Source: Phoronis australis (taxonomy: Eukaryota > Animalia > Phoronida). From it: a stretch of DNA of 64,000 nucleotides. The notes below the pieces were generated by a model. The model made no database searches and had not been told where the DNA came from. It saw only the letters and a list, made by a program, of their open reading frames with translations. A program made the translations under genes and the position numbers. How positions within the stretch are numbered: position 1 is the stretch's first letter; each line of letters opens with the position of its first letter. Where the stretch lies: positions 272,309-336,308 of the forward strand of contig NMRA01000403.1 in the NCBI GenBank assembly GCA_002633005.1, in the 5' to 3' direction. Below are positions 12,931 to 25,912 of this stretch, one piece after another.

Positions 12931-13202
12931 ACTCGTACTTGGCATTAAACAACCTGGCAAAAGAATGGCCCCATAAATTATGGCGTTCACCTGACATAGA
13001 CTTACTTGGCAATGTAACAGAAGTGACCAGTAGATAATTGACCTAACTTCACCCAACGTAGACTTACTTGGCACTACACAGGCCTAGGAAGAGAATTATT
13101 CTGGTCAGTAGACAATAACCTAGCTTCATCTGATGTACACTAACTTGGCACTATACAGGTCTACCAAGAGAAGTACCCTGGCTTTATCTGACGTACACTT
13201 AC
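12931..13202 (-). repeat. Degenerate tandem copies of the ASS1 exon 3 end plus donor junction
   Basis: The motif acttacttggca.tac...cta..aagagaa recurs at about 13135, 13060, 12998 and 12933. Confidence 0.75.
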
Positions 13203-13327
13203 TTGGCAATACACGGTCTAGCAAGAGAAGTGCCCAGAAGGTAACGGTCCTCATATAGTGCATTAGCCTGTATAGCCGGCCAGATGAAGTCCTCCACAAA
13301 CTGTTTCCTTACGTCTATGATTTCCAT
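13203..13327 (-). CDS. ASS1: ASS1 coding exon 3 ([41 protein letters not shown]+AA)
   Basis: tag acceptor and gtaagt donor, 125 nt, ends in phase 2. Contains the [14 protein letters not shown] motif. Confidence 0.96.
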
Positions 13328-13779
13328 CTATTAAAGAAAGAACAGATACATCTGCAAACAGTCCTTCCTACACTGACAAGGATGCAGAGCTATGTCTGTA
13401 GTAAGTTCATCTGTAAAATAAAGTAACGGAGACAATCTCTGAAAGAATTGCACACAAATCCCGCTGCTGTAACATATCATTAACACAACAGATGGCGCTG
13501 CCCGACAGCATCATTACAATGTCTACCGTGAATACTGACTAATTTCGTGCTTCATGGCACCCTAAACACACAAAACCAGGTTTGTGATGACCTTCAAATC
13601 ATGGTTCACGGAAGTGAAAATCCCCGATTTTCACGTTCATTTATGGCACAATAAAGCCTACATTCACACGCTGCCTAATGGTGAAACTAAATCAGTTGTG
13701 CACATTTTGCATTATCATAACAGACATGCACTGCAAAAATTCTGTTTTATCAATGAACATAGGTGAACAAAGTGCACCA

Positions 13780-14176
13780 GTATCATATTGCCAGGATCGT
13801 AGCAAGAGCACAATATTTTCAGGATCGTTGCAACAGGGCCATATTGTAAGGATAACGGCATCACGACCATACTGCCAAGATCACGGCAACAGCACCATAC
13901 TGTCAGGATCATGGCAACAGAACCATACTGCCATGATCATGGTAACAGCACCATACTGTCAGGATCATGGCAACAGGACCATACTGCCAAGATCACGGCA
14001 ACAGCACCATACTGTCAGGATCATGGCAACAGAACCATACTGCCATGATCATGGTAACAGCACCATACTGTCAGGATCATGGCAACAGGACCATACTGCC
14101 ATGATCACGGCAACAGCAGCATACTGTCAGGATCACGGCAACGGGACCATACTGTCAGGATCACAGCAACAGTATC
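13780..14176. repeat. 28-bp minisatellite (~14 copies) in ASS1 intron 2
   Basis: Unit catactgtcaggatcatggcaacagcac, with starts at 13896, 13924, 13952 and onward. Confidence 0.95.
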
Positions 14177-14209
14177 ATTAGAAAATCATAACAATGTAGA
14201 TGTCTATAC

Positions 14210-14278
14210 CTTAATAGCTCCCAGTTTGATGGCTTTCTCCCTGGCTGCTTCAAAGTCTTCATCTTGTCCAATATTAGC
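14210..14278 (-). CDS. ASS1: ASS1 coding exon 2 (ANIGQDEDFEAAREKAIKLGAIK)
   Basis: Bounded by tttcaag and gtatag, 69 nt, phase 0-0. Matches ASS1 [23 protein letters not shown]. Confidence 0.95.
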
Positions 14279-15104
14279 CTTGAAATGAAAATAGGTGAGG
14301 CACACGTTATTTCATTCCTCACCGGGTCATGAAATACAAACAAATCAATGAATATGCTCAGACGACACATAAAATCAAGAAGTGAGGTTGATGGCGAAAA
14401 CCCGGAACGTCTAAAATCGTGACCCCCAACAACTATTATGACAAACCATTAAAATTGCAATTTTAAGAATCATGCAGTCCGAAAACCTCAAATAACTTTA
14501 AAACAGTAAAGTCATAGCAAGAAATGAATTTGGTATTTTAAATACCCTGCAAGGAGATTTATTTACAGTCCAAATGTAAAGTGGTTCGGTCAAACGATCG
14601 TGGAGCTAGAACTTTGCAAGCATAATTTAAAAAAACAGCCATCACAGCGCCACCTTGAGTTTGACTTCGCTCAAAAACCAATCCTCGTGCTATCGACTAG
14701 ATATAAACTATTGTAAAGTTCATGTCCACCAAACATATGAACAGTCATGAGAAAGGTAAGCTGTAAACAGAAATATGTTCCACAATGCTGATTGCACTTA
14801 AAAAAGATGAATAATCACATCCAAATTTCAGACACGCCTGTCAAGGAACGCCGAAGATATGCATGGATAAAAACTCGATTGTAGAGTAGTTATCAGAAAG
14901 GCATAGAAAAAAAACAAATGGAAGATTCGTGATATAATCCTTCAGGGACTCATCACCCAATGGGCCTCACTAGGACAACTGAGTAATATACATAAATATA
15001 TGGGTCATAATCCCTCCAGGATTCATCCTAGCTGGGACTGGTTAGAACATCTGAGTAACATTTCAGTCACAATCCCTCAAGGACTCGTCATCTCACGTAC
15101 TCAC

Positions 15105-15215
15105 CAGACAAGCAACAACAGTGTAGCCTTGTTCCTTAAGCCAGACCAGTATGCATGAAGTGTCGAGGCCACCACTGTAGGCCAGCACTACTGTCTTGTT
15201 CCCTTCACCACTCAT
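15105..15215 (-). CDS. ASS1: Argininosuccinate synthase, coding exon 1 ([37 protein letters not shown])
   Basis: Contains the AYSGGLDTS nucleotide-binding signature. ATG at 15215 follows a cag acceptor (15221-15219), implying an upstream UTR exon. GTGAGT donor, phase 0, 111 nt. Confidence 0.96.
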
Positions 15216-15225
15216 GCTCTGCAGT

Positions 15226-15553
15226 ACTAAACAATATAAAACAGTGTGAGCATTGTGTGAACAAAGGGTTAAGACAGTATAATGTAACACTAATCAATAT
15301 AAAACAGTATTAACATAGTGTGAAAAAAGTGTTAAGACAGTATAATCCAACACTAATCAATATAAAACAGTGTTAACATAGTGTGAAAAAAGTGTTAAGA
15401 CAGTATAACCCAACACTAATCAATATAAAACAGTGTTAACATAGTGTGAAAAAAGTGTTAAGACAGTATAACCCAACACTCAACAATATGAAAACAGTGT
15501 GAACATAGTGTGAAAAAAGTGTTAAGACAGTATAACCCAACACTAAACAATAT
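15226..15553. repeat. 63-bp tandem repeat (5 copies) abutting the ASS1 exon 1 acceptor
   Basis: aagacagtat recurs at 15271, 15334, 15397, 15460 and 15524. Confidence 0.95.
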
Positions 15554-18267
15554 GTGTATAGCCTGGTATAACCTCTGTGTAAACACGGTGAAAAGATGGT
15601 TTAAAAAAGCTGCAAACACCAAAAAGTCTACATATAGTATGAACTAGGTGAAAAAATGTAATGATATAACATGGGGATTGACCTCACTCAGTTGCCCAGA
15701 AAAATGTAAACAGAGCTAACACAATATACATGTAATTGTATGAACACANATGGAGCGAGGGCCCCAGGCATCCACATCAGGGGAAGGAGGAGGACATCAA
15801 ATCACCATAATTACGAATAAACTATGAAATTGTGACTGATTTGAGGTTAAATTGAATAAATTTTCTATTTTATATTTAATCTTGTTCACTTTTCCTAGTA
15901 CTTAAGCATCCATTTGAATAGAGAGAGGGGCATCCAATGAAAATCGTCCCTGGCATCACCAAACCTCTGCACGCTGCTACATGTGAGCTATTTTGGTTTT
16001 AAATGTCAACGGTTACTTTGAAGGAGGAGAGTTATAATGAGTGAGAATTCTAGTGTGCAATTTGGTAGGGTTAGATGAATTCTGATAAAAATTATCAGCA
16101 GTTGGTACACAATGTGGCAGACGAGGGAATTTTCATTTAGTCACATTTCTCAACAAAAATAACGTTTTAAGAAAATTTACTTAATTTGCTTTTAGCATGG
16201 TTTGTGTGCAGTATATAGATATAATCAAACATTTGGTAATACTGTGCACATGCAATAATGTCTCTGAAAACAGCAATATGTCAATTTTAGCAATTATTTG
16301 TGTAGAACTTCCTAGTTGAAGAATTTTCAGCGTACTATAATTCAATGTTGCCAGCAAGATGTACATGTAGAAAAGAGTACCTTGTTTGTCACCCGTTTTT
16401 AATAAAAAAACTGCCAAAATTGTTCCAATTTCATTTTTCAAGGGATTCTTAAAGTAAATACAGCACACAGATTTACAGAATATTATTTGATGGCCAGCAG
16501 CTATGGCACAGAACTTGGAACATGGAATGACATTAACATAGTGCAAAATATCTTCTACAGGAAATAACAGTTCACTTGTCTGCCATATTGTATGAGTCCC
16601 ATTGACATGATTTCCCAGTAGGTCTACATCAACAAAAACAAGCATAAAAAGTTCAATTAATTAGGGCACAAACTGAAGCTTAGCCAACCCAGACATTTAT
16701 CCTCAACACATGAGTTACAGTGACTCAAGACTCAAATGTTTGAGAAAGACACTGATGGAACAGACCCGGGGTGCACCGGCTACCACTCCTGCAGTTTTCC
16801 CAGAAACCAAAAATGATACCTTTTCCATCTAAAACAGAAATTGAAAACATATTCAACTTTGATTTTGTCTTTTGCTTTCTGTTTTTGAAACAAGAAATCG
16901 ATTAAGAAGCAGTCATGCATGCAGTTCTGAAACTTGTGCCTTTCCAATATTTAATGAGCTAAAACATTTTTAAAAGCTTTCCACAGGTTTAAAGTTTCAA
17001 AATTCCAAAACAAAAACATGTTTGTGAACAGTGGTGGATAAATTATAACTAAGGACCAAGGCTAAGTCATAGTTATACTTTGCTATTCAGCGCAGGCAGG
17101 CAGGGAATGTTGCCACTGGGGCAATGTCAAGAATTTTAAAGCTCCAAATTGCACAGAGGCATGGCCCTCCGCTTCATATGAGCAGAATAAGTTCATTTGC
17201 TGGAGACATAATGCTGTAGTAAGAGAACCTCATTGAAGACCGATGTAAACAACATTTTATTTCTATAATGACACACATCACCAAGTTGAAAACTGCCGCA
17301 AGCTACGTGTAGGACAGACTGTCACTTTATTTGTAATACCCAGAGCAACAATGCAGACTGTTGCTGGTTTTAGGGATTGCCAGTCACAATATTATACCAA
17401 CGTTTAATGTCTATTACAATTATATAAGCCAAGCAGTGATTACTTCTTCATATGATTTCTATTTGGCAGATTGGAGCATTAGATATGCATGCATGCAAAA
17501 ATACGGATATGGATACAAATTAGCAGGCTGTTCAGCTCAAGCGAATTTGGACACGGTAATAGCGACGGCAAATGATAATTTTCGTGATTTGCCCAACTTT
17601 TCACTATTTTCAAAACCGAGACTTTCAACTGTCCACCTTCCCCACACACGTACACCTTAGCTCGGCTGCACAAACCTAGGTGAATACTCTCAGTCAATAG
17701 TTGACTTGCAATAACTCTGAGTATTGAATAGCAATTGTACAGCTAGACTCATGTTTTTATTTAACTACGATCTCAATGTTATCCCGTCATTCTTCATTGA
17801 CGTCAGTGGTTTGTTATATAGACATACTTAGTTGTGTCTTTAGTAGACGGTCGTGTACTGGCATTGTAGTTTACATGCAAGTAGTTCTGATAAAGTAGTT
17901 CCAAAGATGTGCTTCAAGATGGCAGTCTTATTTTGATCCATGTAATATAGTTTTACCCTTAGACTTAACAAGTGTGCTTTTAACTTCTCAGAGCCTTCAA
18001 CAGATTCAACACAAAAGTAACGTCACACAAAATACTGTCAAGGTGGTTAATTCAGTAAACAACGAGAACGGCAGGTAATAACTGTAATAGTAGTAACTCT
18101 AGTAATAACTGTAATAGTAGTAACTCTAATTGTGAAATGGCTCAACCACCTTGCAAACTTTCACCATCATTCTCAGTCATGTATGAAAAAGACAACCCTA
18201 ACGATGAGTTTGGCTTCCGCACAACCATCATGACGCGGAATTTCAGGTCATGTTGTTTGAATACTTT

Positions 18268-18489
18268 AGAGGCAGTTTGGCCTGGTTGAAGTGCCCGCTT
18301 TCTTTACTCGAGGACGTGGGTTCGAGTCCCACCATGTCACACTGCTAAACCCTTGTGCCAGGTTTTAACCATATATTAATAAAGTATAAAAATACTTCCA
18401 GGTGATCAGTGCAATGGGCCCACATGTAAGGCCTGCGCACGTCTCAGGGTACAACGTGTATTAGACCGCCTGCAATTATTTTTTTTCAT
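18268..18489 (+). mobile_element. tRNA-derived SINE
   Basis: B-box GGTTCGAGTCCC at about 18319. Flanked by the direct repeat aatacttt (18260-18267 and 18490-18497). Confidence 0.6.
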
Positions 18490-18651
18490 AATACTTTTGG
18501 TTTACACTGTGTTCTGATCCGTTGGAAATAGGCATCATAAAAGTCATGGCACATTTTAATAAATTATCATATCAGCGGTATTATTTTGATAATTGTTTCT
18601 GGTATCTTTTAACTAACTTAATAAATGGCTTTCAGTTTCATGTAAGTGAGT

Positions 18652-18806
18652 CATTGGCAGATTTAGGGGGGGCATGGCTCCCCCCCCTAAAGTTTTTCCC
18701 AGGTTCCATGCAGCAGTTCGCAAGTGCAAATGTCTGAGGGGAAAAATCCTGGCTAATTGTCTGCCCTGTCCCCCTCCCCCAACTCAAAATCCTGGAACCG
18801 CCCCTG
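18652..18806. mobile_element. hAT-like MITE with 5-bp TSD
   Basis: Ends CATTGGCAGATTTA and GGAACCGCCCCTG. TSD tgagt on both sides. Confidence 0.7.
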
Positions 18807-19238
18807 TGAGTTTACTAAGACCTGTAGATTCATCAGTCATGAATTCACTGATATCAGGAGAAACATCTTCTGGAGTTACTTATTGTTTTATTTTGACACA
18901 ATTTTGATTGAACACCTAATATTGATATCACTGTGGACACTTTTTAATTTCACTTATTCACTGTTTTGTATTATGGTATGTAAATCTTGAACAAGCGTGG
19001 ATTAATATAGGATTACCAACATATTTTAAGTCTCCAGGTCTACACGCCACCTGTTGGCCACATCATGTCCGAAAAGATTTCTCCACACGAATGGGGCGCA
19101 AACTCTCATTGGAGTTCTGTGTTTGACCGGTGGTCCCAATGGCTCAGTGGCCACAACAGTTAGCAAAAGTTCCTTGGTTCGAGTTCTGGTCCGGGGCAGA
19201 AATCTTTTCGTAATAAGTCACACGATGTGACGTGCAGN

Positions 19239-20073
19239 GGGGGGGGGCTCAAATCCAATTTCAAGTGTCAAATTCGGAACACGGCGCATTCGTAACGGAA
19301 CTATGGTTAAGTATAGGCTCTCCCGCGATATCCCAGGCGACCCTGCAGTGGCGCTGCGCACTACGACTCAGTTTCCGTCGTCTGCTCCACTGTGCAATGA
19401 AGAAAATTTACTTCATTTTTTAAAGAAAATGGAACCTGAGTGACGATGAAAAAACAGAAGCTGCTGGTAAGATGGGAATTTTAATCGAAGCCTGAGTGAA
19501 TCACTCAGAAATTCGCAATACTCTCTTTGTCAAACCTTATGTTAAGACGATTTCCAAAGCAATCCCGTCATTATTGCCAACACGAAAAACGGATTTGGTC
19601 TTTTGGGCATTTGAAGACTATTTTAAATACGACAAATTGGTTAAGAATCGATGGCACAAAACGTGTAATAAGCATTACAAAAAGAAGTAGATTTCGCGCG
19701 CAAACGCTGTGGACCATAAACAAGTAGGTCTCTTAGTATGCGATTAGTAGTGAAGTCGTGGTGGTGTAGTGGTAACGCACGCGCGCTCTAAGCCAAGGTC
19801 GTGAGTTCGAGTCTTTGATATTTTTAGTTTTTCCTGTTTGACACGTTCTCCGTGTTTTTTGTTTGCCTTTTTTTCTTGGATAATACTTCAGGAATCAAGG
19901 AAAATACTTGATTTTTAGATGTAAAAATAGAAAAATTTCCTGGGCGAACCCCCCTCCCGACCTCCCCCCATTCGGTGCTATGCGCATCTACAATCGTGGT
20001 TCAGTTTGCGCAAATGTTTACAGCCGGACAAAATGTTGGCCCCCCCCCTTGTGATATCCTAGATCCGCCACTG
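19239..20073. mobile_element. Non-autonomous DNA transposon copy A (left end lost at N19238)
   Basis: Inverted homolog of 25913-27566. Terminates in GATCCGCCACTG. Confidence 0.75.
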
Positions 20074-20653
20074 TTATGATTGCTTTGTAGTGTATTTTTG
20101 GTTTTGCTTTAGTCCTAGTAAGTTTGACTGAAAACAATTTTGTTAAATGCTGTATCCAATTGACTAGATACACGTTCTGGTTTCAATAAGTGGGCGTATA
20201 ATGAGATTATATGCATTTGTCAAGGACATTTTTAGTTTACTTTGTTCATACCAAACCATTTACAAGTAAACACTTTTTCCAATTGGAATCTTGCACTCTT
20301 TGTTGCAAACTGGTAGCAATGACTGGGGGTTGGTTTTCAAAAATTTTGATACAATCCCATGAAGAATCGGCAAAAGAAATTGGCCAATAGGTGATGCAAT
20401 ATTTCATGTCAGTGAAAGCCGACGCAGATCACGTACTCCACAACTATAAGCAGCAAAAAAGGTAGACCGCTAGTTTTTCCAAAACCAGAAAATGATTTTT
20501 TTCACTCAAATAACAGTGTAGTTTTTAATGACACTAATTTTATCATATTTTATCTGGTCATTTTTTCACCCACATCGGCGCACAGCATATTTAGTGTAAA
20601 GCTTTGTGCCAATTAGGCTTATACAAGTAAGCGCGTATACAAGTAAGTCTCAC

Positions 20654-20671
20654 CATAGACTATAATCTATG
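20654..20671. mobile_element. 18-bp palindromic transposon remnant
   Basis: CATAGActataaTCTATG flanked by the 7-bp direct repeat gtctcac. Confidence 0.55.
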
Positions 20672-23600
20672 GTCTCACTGAGCGGATGGGCCCTAGGTGT
20701 TAGCCAAGATGACTTAGACCATAGGCACCTTCATCAGCCACTCATTATGTCATGACACTATGTAAAGCTATTTCATGGACATCGCAACTGTGACAGTATT
20801 GTTATTACGTGTGCACATTTGTATTAGTAAGTGCAGTAGTATGTCGCCACACCAAATGGAATAAACACGATTATTAAGTTGTCACTCAATTTGTACTAGC
20901 TTTATTGAAAGCATATCACACTCACAGGAACCAGTCTGGTGGCTGCAGGACAAATAGTTAGTACATCAAAAACTGTTTTTCGAGGCCTCACGAATGCATC
21001 AAATGAGACTCAAATTTCCACACACGCCTAGGGGAGTAGTCAGTACACCTAGTCCCATGCCCTACACATTTGCCGAACCAAAATGAAAATGTACCAGACG
21101 CCATAAATAACATCGTGTGTCCAATGGACGCCGCTGGCACTACACGTGTTGCCAACAGGCTACAGCATGAGATACTTGAGAATGCGTCCCGGAGTGAGAG
21201 TCAGAGTACTATCTGTTCAAAAGAAAACACGCATGCTCACATCTCGAACTCACACTAGTGGCAAAGTATAATCGAAACAGTTGAATCCCAAAAACTATGT
21301 CATTGCTAAAATATTTAAAAAGAACTCACATGCCTAAAGATGATGAAATGCCTCCGAACAATACCGCGCGCAGTGTCTGATGAAACAGTCTATGGCGCTG
21401 TGATTGTCTCGCCGCAAGAGGTGAGAGTTCAGAGTTCATCGGTTCAATGGGTACTCCTAGCGGACATCATTGTTTCAAGCACCGTAGAGACGTCTAGCGG
21501 GCGTGTATGCTCGTAATAAAACGATATGCACGCGGCTGAGAGACGAGACCAATGAGTTATATTTATCTCATTGGACGAGACATTCCATTATTTTCCTTTC
21601 CTTTTTTACTCCACGATTTTCTGTTTGATGGCACTGCTCCGCCGATTTGTGAATATGGTAGAATTGCTGGAATAAGTCGTACGTTGTTGTGCTGTGTGTC
21701 ATTTTTATCTGGGTCAGTTGACACTCATATGCAGTGAAGGCAGATCATGAACAATCATTATCATACGCCTGAATCACGGAAAACCAAGGCCTAAATACTT
21801 AATATGTCGTCTATGCTTTCTGTGTTGTGAAAATTTTTATTTTGCCCTTGAATCTAACATCTTTGTGCCCCGGATATTGCAGTTCTCACGTAAGGCCTAC
21901 CTTAGTCATGACGCGCGCACCCAGGCATTACTCAAGTCATTGGCAAATGAATAATAACTACATGCTGGTATTAGAATGAAAATTATTGTGACACTAAACT
22001 GGTGTTAACACATCTAAGTAATCTGACGAATTTTTTAATAAAATGTATGAAAAGTGAGATAGGTTGCAGTATTCAGCAGCCCAGTAGCATTCGTGGAAAC
22101 ACTTCCAGTGGATTTGTAGATTCATGAAGTTGAAAAATCTCATTGAAATTACACACAGCTGGTGGACAGACACACCTAGTGACTTTCTAAAGTATTGCTC
22201 ACAGGTGTCTTTGAAAATCGGGTTGACTCACTGACATGAGCTGTGAACTCACATGGAATTTTTCTGCACTCACAAAGTGAATTTTCTATCCATACATATC
22301 AACCTTAGTCCATACTATGAGGTTGTACCATCTGCCAGCATCCATTCATGGATTTAAAGAATGAAACCCATAAGATCTCTAAGCTGGACTGCAGTGTGAC
22401 ATTTTAATAATGCAATGAAATAAAAGACACGCTCATACAAACTAGTGAGAAGCACGACTGGCTTACACAATACTCGAACTGATCATATGCATTCATTGTT
22501 ATCTCTTCCTGATTGCATGCACTCCCGTTTTTTTTTTTTGATATTTGCCAATTTATGAACGCTCCTTGTTGTACTCAGGTGCGGCTTTGTTGCAACCTGA
22601 AGCTGTTTATCAGAACATGTTTGGATGCTGCCATTTGGATCATGCCATTGAAAAAGTTCTTTCATTCAGGGAGAAACTTACCGCGGTGGTTTTGAATTTC
22701 TTTGCCGGAGTGTCCATTCAGAATCAATTCAGTCGGTATTGAAAGTCGCTTATTCGCAGTGGGCCGAGTTTTGAAGGGCTGCTGTTAAATACTTTTTGTG
22801 AGTTCTTTAGGGGGGGGTGCGGCAATTTTATTTTAGTGATTTTTAATTTGATAATTTTATTACAAAGTCAAGTCCAGAGTTAACACCACGTTGAATTAAT
22901 ATTATTGAACATACAAACGCCTTTAATTTTGGGACTAAGTCCCTGATTATTTTCACTGAACTAAAGGCTCTGTTTTCAGTTATATTACTAGAGATTTTGT
23001 CTTCAGTCAAAAGGAGCTCATCATAAAGATAAGGTGAAAGAAAGGGATCACACATATGAGTTATGAATGACACAAATACGCACACAGTTTATGGAACCTT
23101 AAACGTTAGCATTATCACTGATTAAATTAGCCTGGCAAAGATGGGAACGTGTCACACGGCGGAGGTTACCGAGAACACATCCATTTGAAGAACTAGATGG
23201 AAAAGTTATAAATCCTTTGGAACCCTCTGCAAAATTATTGTCCCGACGTTGTAGTGCCGCCTTGTTCCTGCTGCTATTAAAGTCTTTAAGACGTCAGCGT
23301 GATGTGTATCTCGTCGTTTCAAATCGCAAATTACTGTAAGAGGAACATATAGCATGTACATTAGATTAAGTGTACTGTAACTTATTTCATCTTTTGGTGA
23401 GTTTTCTTTAGTCTACAGAATTTCTTGGCATTGAACTTGAACGCTTTGCCTGGCTCAGTATTTAGCTCATTAACGTCGCACCCGAACTCAGGGTTGATGC
23501 CATTCCCAGCACAATCTTTACATTTCAAGTTCCGTTTCTCCATAGTACCCTGTAGAAAATAATGGAAGAACTGGGTTGACCTTCGAAGATATCGCGGCTG

Positions 23601-25912
23601 CCAATCAATAGATGGCGCTGGCTAACGTTTTAGATACGAGACTGCTGTCAACAGTCAGTCAATCTACCTGAATAAACTAAGCTAACTCTAAAGTGCCTTT
23701 GATTGACTTTACAAACAACCACTCACAGATCGAAGATAAACGACGATCGATCACCATGCCGGAAATCCTTCTACTACTGCAATGGGCGGAGTGTTACATT
23801 AATTTTCGGGGAAATTGAAATCATCAAAGACAGTGCTAACAAAAACAATGCAAAAGTCGCTTAATCGATCAGTGTATGAGACAGCCAATGCTAATGCTTT
23901 GCAGCAGAGCGGAAGTTTTTCTTGGTTTAAAAGACGCAAAAAATAATTTAATTGCAGATGAGTTTTTATTAGTCCCATTAACTACACGTTCTCTTAATTA
24001 TTTTCTAATTGAGGAATTAAAACCTCCAGCGTTGCGTGTCGATCTAAGTGTCACTAATGGTACTTTAGAGTGTTTTGTTATTATCGCGTTACGCTACAAT
24101 GGTCAGCGCAATGCTAATGCAACGCCATCTGATGCACTTAGCTGAAGTCACGTCCGTCAGGCGTTTTTAGGTTATGTGTTATGATACAGAATTTTGCAAA
24201 TCGGAACCAGCATTGACTAGACACTGCAAACGAAGGCCGTTTTCGCTTGAATAACATTCATTGCATGTTTGCAGCCCTGAAAACTATACTTGTGTTTTCA
24301 AAATCACTCCTCATAGTAAAAATATCACAGGCGTGGACACTGCGACACTCAGAAGTCTCCCCCGACCGCTTTCAAGACATATCCTTTTTCCGCGCGTTCT
24401 TGAACATTTTACACACTACGAAAAAGAGGTAGCCTGATGGCAGATGACTTGATGTTGGGTCACAGAGCACCCTGGTGTGACATCATATCCTGTGTTCCAC
24501 TACGGTACACTAGGACTCCAATGGCGTAAAAAGAGAAGGACGGTTCGGGTCGTTTTTCTCTGGATAATTTGAAGTTTGGGACTACGCCGGGTACGAGACA
24601 TTGACAACGATGGGGGAGTGCAAAACTGCTAACAGCCCGGGTTGTTGAAAGTGCATCGTAATGACAGGAAGGTGCGGGGCAAACTTTGACGAGGTCGAAT
24701 TTGACTCGTCTGTGTACATGGAGTCTGCTTGGTGAAAGTGAAGACTTAAAACGACCTTATCATTGGCGAAAAACGTATAACCAAGTAAACATTACCGCTT
24801 CACAATCTAGGAATGATTTACAGAAACTATCTCAACATGCGCGCACCCAGACAAAGAAACAAAAAGTCCGAGAAAACGAGACAAAAGTCCACTAAAAAGA
24901 CATAGATTCACCGTTTTTTTTTTAGTCCTCCCGATTTTTTTGTCAGCAAAAGGTTCACATCGACAGAAATTCCAGCCCCCCGATTTCGAAGGCTGGGTGC
25001 GCGCATACTCAGTAACTACATGTAGCAGCTATACTCAGTGACTCTCACTTGACTTGTGATCAAGTGAGTTCAGGGTGATTCGCCGATTGTTTAAAAATCT
25101 GGGTTTTTGTTAATTGTGATTGGTTTTGAATTGTTTGAAATGGAAACTAGACAAGATGTTACAAGTTTTCACATTTTTTTAATTTCGTCTAAATGCACAT
25201 TGGGGTCATTAGCATTTCATTGTCAGTGTTTCACTTTTCTGGGGACACACACTGATTATTAAAATTCCCGTGGTTGATTGAAAGACACGTGTTTACAGTC
25301 GTTTTAAACACAACAATCTGGTCCAACAACTTTAAGAGACTTGTTCTAATAAAACTTTGGTCTGGGATCTGTGACATAGATTTACATGAAAAGCAGATAT
25401 ATGGTATTACGTTCCACACAAATTTTCAGAATTAAATTTCACATGAGCAAAAAAACAAAGGCTCTAAAAAATACAAATAACAACTAGTTATAAATTATTT
25501 GTAGATTGCGGCATGGTAATAGTTATATTGCTTAACCTCTTTCAGTGACGGTGAAGCGGAAGTGTAAGATCAAATCTCGTCTGCGTTAAGTCGTTTTCTT
25601 GAAACGGACCTCGATCTGGAGTTGGGACTCTGCCGTACAAACTGATAGAAAAGTCTTCGAATTTGTGAATGCGTTGGTTCATTAATTCAAAATGGCTGGC
25701 CTGTTACTCTGCTTTTATTTGAACACCTAATAACAAAAGTAATATAGTTATATTGGTGTCTCTGGCAGGGAACTGTTAGTTCCCAAAGTATCACAAACGG
25801 ACCATTTCCCAACTTTGACATAAGTACTGACGTTTATCTCTTGGAAAATATGGTTCTTGCTCTTACGGTCGCGCTCATTCGACACGTACATCGTCATTTT
25901 CTCGTGTACGAC

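Noticed and set aside
13678-14181. 167-aa ORF and 28-bp repeats as a repeat protein or CRISPR array
   Set aside because: Contiguous minisatellite without unique spacers, inside an ASS1 intron. No cas genes and a eukaryotic context.
18268-19815. tRNA genes
   Set aside because: Only A/B-box remnants embedded in repeats. No complete cloverleaf is visible.
20930-21260. Exon-like segment with minus-strand AG/GT boundaries and a possible C/D box motif near 21340
   Set aside because: All three frames are closed or unrecognisable, and the C-D spacing is too short for a snoRNA.
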